Part shown: piece by piece, positions 53,315 through 64,000 of the stretch
Layout of the letters: every line of letters begins with the position of its first letter
Position numbering within the stretch: position 1 is the stretch's first letter
Source of the DNA: Octopus sinensis
Taxonomy: Eukaryota
Direction: 5' to 3'
NCBI RefSeq assembly: GCF_006345805.1
Contig: NC_042998.1
Coordinates: 95,170,001 to 95,234,000 of the forward strand
DNA length: 64,000 bases
Notes under the pieces: model-generated
What the model saw: only the letters and a program-made list of their open reading frames with translations
Databases searched by the model: none
Told to the model about the DNA's origin: nothing
Program-made: the position numbers and the translations under genes

Positions 53315-54140
53315 ACAGGCGTGGCTGTGTGGTAAGATGCTTCCTTTCCTGTAGCCCCCTGTGGGCAGTAAAGATGCTTTCTTTCAAACCGCATGTTTCT
53401 TCTACTAAAGTCTCGGGCCGACCAAAACCTTGTGAGTGGAATTGGTAGACGGAAATTGAAAGAAGTCCGCCGTGTATATGTATGTATGTACGTATGCATG
53501 TATATATATATATATATAGGGTGGGGTCGTTGTGTTTGTCTCCTACTACCGCTTGACAACCGGTGTTGATCTATTTATGTCTCCGTAACAAGTGGTTCTG
53601 CAAATGAGACAGGCTTCACAAAAAAGTACTGGGCTTGATTCGTTCGACTAAAATTCTTGAAGGTGGTGCTTAAGCATGGCCGCAGTCTAATGGCTGAAAC
53701 AAGATATAATACATTATGACGTGATTTTTACCCCTTTTAAAGAAAGAGTGTTCGGTCAGAAGATTCGTATTATTTCTTAATATAATAAAACTTTCAAATT
53801 TTGGCACAGGGCTAGCAGTTTGGGGGGGGGGGGGGAGAAGGAAGTCAATTACATTGATCCCAGTACTTGACTTATGTTATCGACCCCGAAAAAGTGAAAG
53901 GCAAATTGAACTTCGGTGGAATTTGAACTCAGAATGTAAAGAAGGTATGCTAACGGCTCTACCACCTCATCGCCTTTTACATAATCCTACTCTTGGCACA
54001 AGGCCTGAAGTTTGGGGTAGGGTTAATCGATTACATCGACCCCAGTTCTCAATTTGTGCGTAATTCATCGACCCTGAAAGGATGAAAGGCGAAGTCGACT
54101 TCGCCATAATTTGAACCCAGAACGTAAAAAACGGACGAAT
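53315..54140. mobile_element. Intronic SINE B (+, 53315-53705) and two decayed SINE A (-, 53790-54140)
   Basis: Family consensus motifs. Confidence 0.8.
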
Positions 54141-55791
54141 TCCTTAATATAATATAAGCACTTATATAAGCAGGGGAAATGTTAATATAGATCATGAAGA
54201 TAAAGAAGTACTAAGTAGAGTCAAGCGATACTCGCGAGTGAATATCACTTGGAAAGGTGTAACATGCATTCGATAATTGTTCTAAATGTCATGGTAGTCA
54301 CGAACGGACATAGACACTATCTTGAGCCTCTTATTCCGCGACGGAACATCTAGGATATGACAGCAGGAGAATGAGAGGTCTGCACCAGCACTAGGTTGGT
54401 AATTATTACAGTTGAGTAGACAAGAGAACAGCATAAAAGGAAATACTTTGCTCAAGAGCACAACAAACTGCTTCGTCCAGAAATTGAACTCGCATTCTTT
54501 CGATCTTGAGTCTTCACTCAAACGTAGTAATTTTTACTACAATTAATATTAACGTTTATGTTACCATATTTCTGCTGAAATACATAGTCTCTGTTTCGTA
54601 TAATTTTGAAATAATAAAGAATTTATTAAAATAACTTTGTCATTATTTATCTGGTGTTTTAAGCGCGAAATTTTGATGGAAAATTATAATAAACAGGGAG
54701 TGTGGGTCGGTATCAAAAGCTATCTTAAATTAGGAGAGGTAATAGCATAGTTAAAGAGGGATGCGGTTGGAGTCTCGGCAGTCCACTACGGACGACATTT
54801 TTTTAGAGTAGCTTTTTTATATTTGTATTCTACTATGGCCTTCAAGCTTATATACCGTTCCGAGCGCAGAAACTTTAACTACATCACTGACAGGAAGTTA
54901 CTATAAAAATAATAATGAAGATTTCAAACACACGCACGCACGCATGCGCACAGACACACACAGGTACACACACACACTAGCACGCACACGCACATACGTT
55001 CGCGCTCTCAATGGGATAAGTATGGTCGAACGTATCGATCTTAAAATATAGATAGTACTTATTTTATCAGACTTAGAAGGATGTTAAAAAAATATAAACC
55101 TCAGTAAGGTTTGAGCACAGAGCATAAGGGATTTAACCAAGTTTAGCAAAGTACTTTTCTCTGACACTCTACTGATTACAATGGCTTATATTGGCACAAA
55201 GATTTTAGCATAAATAACAGTAAAGGATGTCTCTACTTGAAAAGCAGCGAGTTTTGGTTTGTTCTTTGAATCCTGCAATTTTCTTTTGACTAACAGGGAT
55301 ATGGAATAAACCTCAAAGGTTGGAAGACGGAAGCTGTACGTGGAAAGATATGGGTAACGTGGCGTATGACTTACAGAAAAACCTTCTTAAGGTCTGTGTT
55401 AATGGAATATGGAAGGATACACCTAAGACTCGTAAGTAACTTTAAATATAGAAAAATAACTTTTTAAATAATATAAGCTACCTATTTTGAACTATTTAGT
55501 TAGTATTGTTTTGATTGGTACATTTTAAATATAATTTGGTTTATGTAATAAAAGATCACATATACATACATACATGCATAGACAAATTTATATACTGTAC
55601 ACTTATACACACCCACACATGCATACACACATATAACTTTTCTTTGAAGGACTATGTCCGAAACTCCCCACAGCAAGTTTACTGTACTCTCTTTGTCGAT
55701 TTTACTAAATAATACAATTGTTGCTGAAGAAGATCGATACCAATCTATTTGGAATTTGTTTAATCGTATAGATATATACAAACATATAATG

Positions 55792-55838
<47 letters not shown>

Positions 55839-57416
55839 CACCATCGTAATGGTTTGAAATGGATCACGATTCGCTACTCAGTCACTCGAACAGTCAGAAG
55901 TAGCATACAATTCTCTCTCACTTCCACTCTACAGTTTTTAAAAGGAATAGATTAGATAATTTATATAAATATATTATACACAAGACTGTCATGGATGGAA
56001 CGCCTTTATCTTTTATCCTTTATCTTTCACTTATTTCAGCCATTAGACTGTGGCCGTACTAGGGGTACCACTTTGTAGAATTTTAGTCAAACGAATCAAT
56101 CCCATAACTTTTTTTAAAGCTGGTTGAAGTTATGATCTAATGGAAGCTTTCCTATAATTGCTTTGAACAAAGGTGTAGGGGCGCTTGTATGGTAAGAACT
56201 TTACTTCCCAACTACATAGCTTCTGTCGTCTCTTTTGCCGAACCGCTAGATTGCGGGGACGCAAACACACCAACACCGGTTGTCAAGAGGTGGTGGTGGT
56301 GGACATACATGCATGCATGCATACATACATACATACATACATACATACATACATACATACATACATACACACGTACACGCATCTAATCAATACCACGAGC
56401 TTCTTTTAGTTTCCTTCACCAAATCCACTCACAAGGCTTTGGTCAGCCCGAAGTCACAGCAGAAAATATTTATATAAGGTGCAGCACAATAGGACTGAAC
56501 CCAGAGCCATGTGGTTGGGAAGCAAAGTTCTTACCACATGCCTGTATTTCTCTTCAAAGCAATAATAGGTAAGCTTCTATTAGATCATTCGTTACAAATG
56601 GTAAACTCTTTCGTCTCTTTAATGACACAGCTTAATAACACCATCACCCTAGGGCCACCTGCAGACTTTCGGGAACATTCTCTACCTGTTCCCGACGCCT
56701 CTTTTTCTATCGCCACAGGATTTAAGAAAGTGTGACGGTGTTGGTATCTTGGTTTGCTAAATAACCTGCTTGATGAATATAATCGAATTTGTATTGATCT
56801 GGTGCAACGGGTTCCACGAGTCCAGTAGTTATCAAGATGCAGGATTTGTATGGTGTTACCTTGTCTTAGATGCGCATCTAATGAGCTGATGGGCTTCATC
56901 TACTCTGGGTTCATTGGAGTGTCTGTGAATGACCTTCCTCCGATGGCAATTCTGTGACACACTTATTAAATCATAGCTGGAACCCCGGTAGGCGCTACTA
57001 CTCCGAGTCAGAGTAGACCTAAGAACAAAAGTGGCTAAGTTCCACACTCACCAAAACTCTGGAACTCTCAAATCAAGATCCCTCTAACGGATGCAACCAG
57101 GACACAGAGCAGAAGTAAGATCGTAACAAGACTGGCACCCCGAAATTAATAAAAAGAACAGCATACCAAGTTATGCAACCGACTGTCGACTCTAACATAG
57201 ATTTCTTTTTCTTAGGATTGGTTTATTAACGACGATACTTTGGCTAGTAAGTTCGCCTTCTGTTCAATTTCTAAGCATAAGACTAACCCATTAAGTTAAA
57301 AAAAGAAAAATTGCTCTTAAATAACATAGTTGTAAATATCAACGCTTTATTGCACAATGGCTGTGGGTCATGTTTTATTCTTGACAGCTTTAAAATTTGT
57401 TTCTTTTACACTTTAG

Positions 57417-57709
57417 GCAGTTGTCGGTTGGATTACTTCGAATGGTACCAAGACATAAAGGTCGACGGTGGAGCTGTTGATGTTGAGGTGTTTACAATTC
57501 CTGGGGAAGGACTGTTTGCTGCTTTTGCTAGTAATTCACAGAGCAACAACAAACAGAACAAGCACAATAGAAGCCAGAAACCCAAATTAGTTGCAGATCA
57601 TAGTGGCTCTTCGGCGGTGTATAAATGGTCAAACGATAAGCTGATACTCTATCAGAAACTACCGACAGATGCTGCGCATTCTTTCAAAAGCTTTAAGATG
57701 GACAATCAG
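57417..57709 (+). CDS. TSPEAR: TSPEAR exon (first EAR/EPTP repeat)
   Basis: RLDYFEWYQDI..VEVFTIPGEGLFAAFA..SAVYKW..YQKLPTDAAHSFKSF. ctttag| phase 1, CAG|gtagag phase 0. Confidence 0.9.
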
Positions 57710-57758
57710 GTAGAGTTGCCAGCTGCTTTTCACCTCATGCTTTATTGTTTCTTCGATT

Positions 57759-57855
<97 letters not shown>

Positions 57856-58285
57856 AACATTGGTTATAGAACAAACATTAAATTCGAATCAACGGCTTTA
57901 TATATGACACCATACCTCAAACATATAATCATATATAAATATTACCATGGTTCTTAAACACATAAAAATATACATATGCATAAAAACACAGAAGGTAAAA
58001 ATATATATGCGAATAAAATATAAATAGAACGGCCTATCAAAAAGGTAAATATATACGACCAGAAATTCATAAAAATTCTAAAGTGTGCCATACTACAAGG
58101 AAACTAATAAACTAAGATAAAATAAAATATCAAACAACTAAAAAGGTTTTATGAAGCGATTAAAAATACTTTTAAAAGTTTTTTTAAATCACCTCACACA
58201 AAGTACGTCCAAAGTTCAATTTTTAAAACCATGGTAGGTTAGAGTTCATGAGCAATCAGACTTCCACAAGGTCAAATTCAAATAT

Positions 58286-58360
58286 ATCAATGGCCATTTC
58301 GGGAGCTCACCACTACGGTTCAATTACACGGCATCACGGCAATGACCCCCTCATCAGGAT
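58286..58360 (-). ncRNA. Hammerhead-like motif with long stem II
   Basis: Minus strand atc-CTGATGA-ggggg..(stem)..ctccc-GAAA-tggcca-TT-gat; palindromic stem III. Confidence 0.5.
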
Positions 58361-58409
58361 GAACAGAAAACAGGAAACACGTACAGAGCAAAACTAAAAC
58401 TGTATTCGG

Positions 58410-58568
58410 TGGGCTTCTTTCAGTTTCCGTCTACCAAATCCACTCACAAGGCTCTGGTCGGTCCGAGGCTATAGTAGAAGACACTTGCCCGATGTGCTAC
58501 GCAGTGGGACTGAACCCGGAAACGTGGTTCATTAGCAAGCTACTTACCACACAGCCACACCTGCGCCT
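58410..58568 (-). mobile_element. SINE B 5' half
   Basis: Family B head, reverse complemented. Confidence 0.88.
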
Positions 58569-58574
58569 ATATAT

Positions 58575-58752
58575 ATATCGCTAGCCACTACACATTCTTT
58601 ATTTTCTCTCCCTATTTCTTTCTGTGTTCCTTTCTGTGGAAGAGCGTAGGCTCGAAACGTTAAAGACTTTTTCACTTCCCGAGCGTTAAACTAATACATC
58701 TTTTTGTTGTCTACACCACCTGTCTTTGTCTTTCTTTGGTGAATTCTTCCCA
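58575..58752 (+). mobile_element. Penelope-type terminal repeat unit with a hammerhead-like motif (58630-58665)
   Basis: cttt-CTGTGGAA-GAGC-gtag-GCTC-GAAA-CG-TT-aaag; homologous to 17130-17290; bounded by (TA)n. Confidence 0.55.
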
Positions 58753-58800
58753 TATATATATATATATATATATATATACTATTATATATAATATATATAT

Positions 58801-58841
<41 letters not shown>

Positions 58842-59293
58842 TAATAAATAAAATATATGCATACATACATATATGTACGTATGTACGTACCTACATCTAC
58901 ATGTATATATACATGCATATATAAATTATATACGTGAGTACAGGACACCACAAATAGACGCAGAACTCAACGAGAACGAAAAAGTAAAAACAAGCATGGA
59001 ACGAACCTTTTTTTTACAAAGATAAAACAGAGTACTAGACAAACTACACAAGGAATAAATCCCCTTCATATATATATATATATATATATAATGTATATAT
59101 ATATATATCTATATGTATATATATGCATATATAACACACATATATATACACATATATACATATATATATATATGCATATATATACACACATATATATACA
59201 CATATATACATAATATATATATGCATATTACATATATATTACATATATATATATACATGTATATATACATATATATATACATATATATTATAC

Positions 59294-59338
<45 letters not shown>

Positions 59339-59357
59339 ACATATATATATATACACA

Positions 59358-59404
<47 letters not shown>

Positions 59405-59434
59405 TATACATATATATATATAACTATATATATT

Positions 59435-60815
59435 AAGTTAGTTAATTTTTTGGCTCAAAAAGCAAAAAGCAAGGCCATGTAGGGGGATATGGAGTTATGT
59501 ACAGGGAGGGTGTTCATGCAAAGAGTTCAGGCCATTTCTGGTCAAGAGAGACTTTGAACCGAGCGGTCGTCGGCATCTTCACTATCCCGTCCGGCAGCTT
59601 ATTCCACGGATCCGCAACCCGGAAGGAGAAAGCCCCTCTCCTTCGATTGAGATGAAATCGTCGCAGATAGAGCTTTTCGGAGTGACCCCGCAGCCGACGC
59701 TCTGGAGCAGGAATGAAGAACAGCTCTTTCGAGAGGTTACACTTTCTGCTTATGATGTCGTGAGCAAGAATGAGATCACCACGGCATCGTCGTTTTTCTA
59801 GAGAATAAAGGTCGAGCTTTGTTGGCAGCATGGACGCACTGGGCCGAAGGCGAAAAGGAAGAATCCACCAAGATACCCAGGTCCTTTACCTGGTCGGTCC
59901 TCTCCAGCAGCAGACGACCCGGTTCGAAATCAAGTTGAGTTGCAGGATAAGAGCCAACAGGCAGATGACAGCACTTTGACACGTTCAGACACAGGTCCCA
60001 TTCGTTAGACCATCTCCAAACTTGGTGGAGGCATCGACGAAGATCATCTATATCACCGCGAGGAGCGACCAGTTTGACATCATCGGCAAATAGAAGGGTG
60101 TGTTGCGTGAGGTCGTCAGGCAAGTCATTTATGAAGACTAAGAACAATAAGGGCCCAAGCACTGAACCTTGAGGCACGCCACTGCTCGCACTGGAGACGT
60201 CGGACAGCGAACCACTAACTTGGACTTGGAAGGAGCGATCTGAGAGGAAGGCACCAACCCATCGTACAATATCCGGATGGAAACTATATGCTTGAAGCTT
60301 GACAAGTAATAGGTGGTGGTTAACCGAGTCAAAAGCTTTGGCAAAGTCCAATAAAACGATGTCAACAGCATCACCATCGACCAGGATACGCGTCACCAAT
60401 TCTTCCATTACCAGTAAGTTGGTCAAGCATGATCTCTTCGGCACGAAGCCGTGTTGGGAATCAGAGATAGAGGCTGTGTTTTGGAGGTGGAGCATCATAC
60501 TTTTCTTAAGGATAGTTTCGAACATCTTGCTGATTATTGATGTAAGGGAAACCAGTCGGTAGTTAAGCGGGTCTTCGCGGCTCCCTTTCTTGAAAATTGG
60601 GCAGATTATTGCTGTTCTCCAGTCCGCAGGTATAACACCCGTCGCCAATGACATATTGAATAGAAGTGTTAAAGGTTCGCAGATGACCGGAGCCAACGCT
60701 TTGATAACCTGCGGGTGTATGCCGTCAGGGCCGTGACCCTTGTTGACATCGAGGCCTTGAATAACGCGTTCGACTTCGTCCCGAGTGATGACCAATCTAG
60801 GCTTTGATGGTACCG
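59435..60815 (-). mobile_element. CR1-clade LINE, 5' truncated, RT domain open, antisense in a TSPEAR intron
   Basis: ORF 59776-60795: GPDGIHP, NYRLVSLTS, QHGF..RSCLTNL, LDFAKAFDSVNH, GVPQGSVLGPLLF, LFADD. ORF 59514-59831: SLEKRR.RGDLI..LRGH..FSFRV..WNKLP. Confidence 0.95.
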
Positions 60816-60834
60816 ATCTATATACATATTATAT

Positions 60835-60880
<46 letters not shown>

Positions 60881-60887
60881 TATATAT

Positions 60888-60929
<42 letters not shown>

Positions 60930-61135
60930 CATATACACATACATACACACACACACACATATATATATATGCATGTATGTATGTATATATATATAAGCAG
61001 GTATTTATAATAACAATAGCAACAGCAACAACGTCGTCACCGACTATAATAACATAAACGTGCATATGAAGCTTATTTACACACATTCTTTTAAGAAATG
61101 TAATGCTACACAATGTATCCACTTTTGTATTGCAG

Positions 61136-61325
61136 TTTTTCTTGGCTGTTGCCAATTATGGCGCCTCTATGAATGGTTCAGCAACAAGTTCTACAATATT
61201 TCGCTGGAGTGCCAAACGGAAAAAATTCAGAATATTCCAAATACTTCGGACTTGGACCGCTACTGATATTGAATATTTCAATATTCGAGGAAAGAAATTT
61301 ATAGCTGTAGCGAATTACGCCAAAG
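61136..61325 (+). CDS. TSPEAR: TSPEAR exon (EAR/EPTP repeat)
   Basis: FFLAVANYG..STIFRWS..KKFRIFQILRTWTATDIEYFNIRGKKFIAVANY. ttgcag| phase 0, AAG|gttggt phase 1. Confidence 0.92.
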
Positions 61326-61516
61326 GTTGGTTCACTATCAAGTATTTGTTTACGTAGGTACCTGAATAAGTAAGATTAAACATGTAAAACTATTAATATC
61401 ATATAAGAGTGTGTGTGTGGTGTGTGGGTGTGGTGTGTGTGTGTGTGGTGTGTGTGTGTGTGTGTGGTGTGTGTGTGTGGTGTGTGGTGGAGAGAGAGAG
61501 AGGACTGAAGGATGCC

Positions 61517-61555
<39 letters not shown>

Positions 61556-61557
<2 letters not shown>

Positions 61558-61727
61558 CGCAGAGGAGTGGGTTTGTGGTAAGAAACTTGTTTCCCAACCA
61601 CATGGTTCGGAGTTCAGTCTCACTGCGTGGCACCTTAGGCATGTGTCTTCTAGTATAGCCTGGGCCGACCAAATCCTTGTGAGTGGATTTGGTAGACGGA
61701 AACTGAAAGAAGCGTGTCGTATGTATG

Positions 61728-61802
<75 letters not shown>

Positions 61803-61893
61803 TTGTGTGTCTGTGTTCATCTCGCCACCGTCACTTGGCAACCGATGTTGGTGTGATTACATCCCCGTAACTTAGTAAAAGAATAAAAGAATA
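61556..61893 (+). mobile_element. SINE B with a deleted 3' body
   Basis: Family B head and middle joined directly to the taaaagaa tail. Confidence 0.85.
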
Positions 61894-62061
61894 TATATAT
61901 AATCAACGCATTGAACACTGAGAATAAGTGCTCAACACTGCATTGGTGGATAAGTATTCTTTATTTGTGGAAGGCTACCATTGGTTTCAGGATGAGAGAA
62001 ATCTCAACAATTATGAAGCCTATCACATGGGACGTTGGTACTCGTCTCCATCTTGGAGATG

Positions 62062-62092
<31 letters not shown>

Positions 62093-62844
62093 TGTATGTA
62101 TGTATGTATGTATGTATGTATGTATGTATGTATGGATGGATGGATGGATGGATGGATGGATGGATGGATGGATGGATGGACGGACGGACGGACGGACGGA
62201 CGGACGGACGGACAGACGGATGGATGGATTGATTGATTTAGAACTTTCATATTCAAGGAGATGTGTATGACTAAAACTAAAGAGGGGAATAGGCAGAGTC
62301 GCTAGAGCGGCGGACAGAATGTTCTATGGTAATCTGTGTATTCTGAGTTCAAATCCTGCCAAGATCAGTTCTGCCTGTCATTCTTTCATAGTCGATAAAA
62401 AAGGACGGTGAGTTGGCAGTACTGTAATAACGTCGGCCTGGAATTCCTTGCTATATTTGTTCTGGCTCTTTGTATTCTGAATCCAGATTCTGCCATGTTC
62501 TACATGGGTGGTAGACGTTACTCATCGCCTGTTTTTAACACCACCATGTGTCACCTTCGGTGCTTTTAGCGGAGTCCACTCAGTTGTGAATGCTCCAGAT
62601 AGGTTTCCAACTCATAGATATCTTCCTCCCAACTTCCTACCAGTTTCAGAAGCCCTGTAATGAGTCATGAGTATTGCCTTTCCTCCCTATTTAATGATGC
62701 ATAGCTGTGTGGTAAGAAGCTTGTTCAGTCCCATTGCGTGACACCTTGAACAAGTGTTTCCTGCTATAGCTTCGGGCCAACCAAAGCCTTCTGAGTGGAT
62801 TTGGTAGACGTAAATAAAAAGAAGCTTGTCAAGTATAAACATAG

Positions 62845-63250
62845 GCCAGATGTTGTTTGGGAGAGACAAGAGAAAGTATGTACCATGTCAGCTGTCCTGC
62901 TGACGTGAATATCTGTCCGAAAATCAAAGAGAAAGAGGATAACAATGCACAACTACTTCGAAACCTCCAGCTTTTATATTCAGATTATAAATTCACATTT
63001 TTATCAATAGTAATTGGTGCATTTGGCTTTGTGAATAAATGCCTAAGCGACAATTTGGATGAGCCAGGATTTTCAGGAAAAGAAATCAAACAACTAACTC
63101 GCACGTTACAAATATAATCTGTATTAAGAGTAAAATTATGCAAGACTTTTCTCAAGTTTGAAATATGACATTGTTTTATTATCTACAATCCAGCAAAGGA
63201 GCTTAGAAACCAGCTTTTTCCTCAGAGGAAGAATTTACATAATTAAAAAC
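62845..63250 (+). mobile_element. Diverged RLE retrotransposon 3' fragment related to the 2490/15682 family
   Basis: SCPADVNICPKIKEKEDNNAQLLRNLQLLYSDYKFTFLSIVIGAFG; followed by (CATA)n. Confidence 0.85.
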
Positions 63251-63689
63251 ACATACATACATACATACATACATACATACATACATACATACATGCATAC
63301 ATGCATGCATGCATGCATGCATACATACATACATACATACATACATACATACATACATACATACATGCATGCATGCTTGCATGCATGCATGCATACATAC
63401 ATACATACATACATACATACATACATACATACATACATACATACATACATACGTATATACATACATGCATACATACATATAATGATGCGCACGATTGTGT
63501 GCGTGTGCGTGTCTGTAAATTGGTCGACAGCGAGCTGAATTACTAGATTACCGAGATGATTGGACAGGGTTTTTTTAGAATATGTCAAGAGAGTTAAGAA
63601 GAGGGATGTCATGCTTTCTATATAGTGTAGTGTGTGGCTTTTCACCTAATGTACTGAATGTATGTATGTATGTATGTACGTATGTATAG

Positions 63690-64000
63690 AGGCACAGGCG
63701 TTGCTGTATAAGAAGTTTACTTCCCAACTAAGTGGTTCAGTCCCACTGCGTGACACCTAGGGCAAATGTTTTCTGCTATAGCCTTGGGCCGACCAAAGGC
63801 TTGTGAGTGGATTTGGTGGAGTAAACTAAAAGAGGCTCGTCCTATATATTATATGTGTGTGTCTGTGTCAGTTTTGTCTCTCACTATCGCGTGTCAACCG
63901 GTACTAGTGTGTTTACGCTTCCATAACTTAGCAGCTACATCGATAGAATAAATACTAGTCTTAAAAAAGAAGAGGGATCGATTCGTTCGACTAAAACTCT
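63690..64000 (+). mobile_element. SINE B, runs off window end
   Basis: Family B consensus. Confidence 0.82.

Noticed and set aside
56560-57200. Additional TSPEAR linker exon
   Set aside because: No plus-strand frame with matching residues or phase-1 boundaries; looks like decayed retroelement sequence.

Overview
Animal genomic DNA that is AT-rich and very dense in microsatellites. The SINE repertoire and (TA)n/(CA)n/(TACA)n load suggest an octopus or other coleoid cephalopod, which is an inference. The only well-supported host gene is a TSPEAR (thrombospondin-type laminin G domain and EAR repeat) orthologue on the + strand. Four of its exons are identified with phase-compatible GT-AG junctions (51730-61325); its signal-peptide exon and 3' exons were not found. 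There are weaker hints of a divergently transcribed minus-strand gene. The rest is mobile DNA: four fragments of R4/Dong-like restriction-like-endonuclease (RLE) LINEs lodged in microsatellites, two Penelope-like (GIY-YIG) remnants, several hammerhead-ribozyme-like motifs, a decayed Tc1 transposase, CR1-, RTE- and Tx1-type LINE pieces, about 40 copies of four tRNA-derived SINE families, several foldback/MITE-like inverted repeats and a 19-bp minisatellite. Most ORFs in the track are microsatellite artefacts. Repeat boundaries were read by eye and are approximate.
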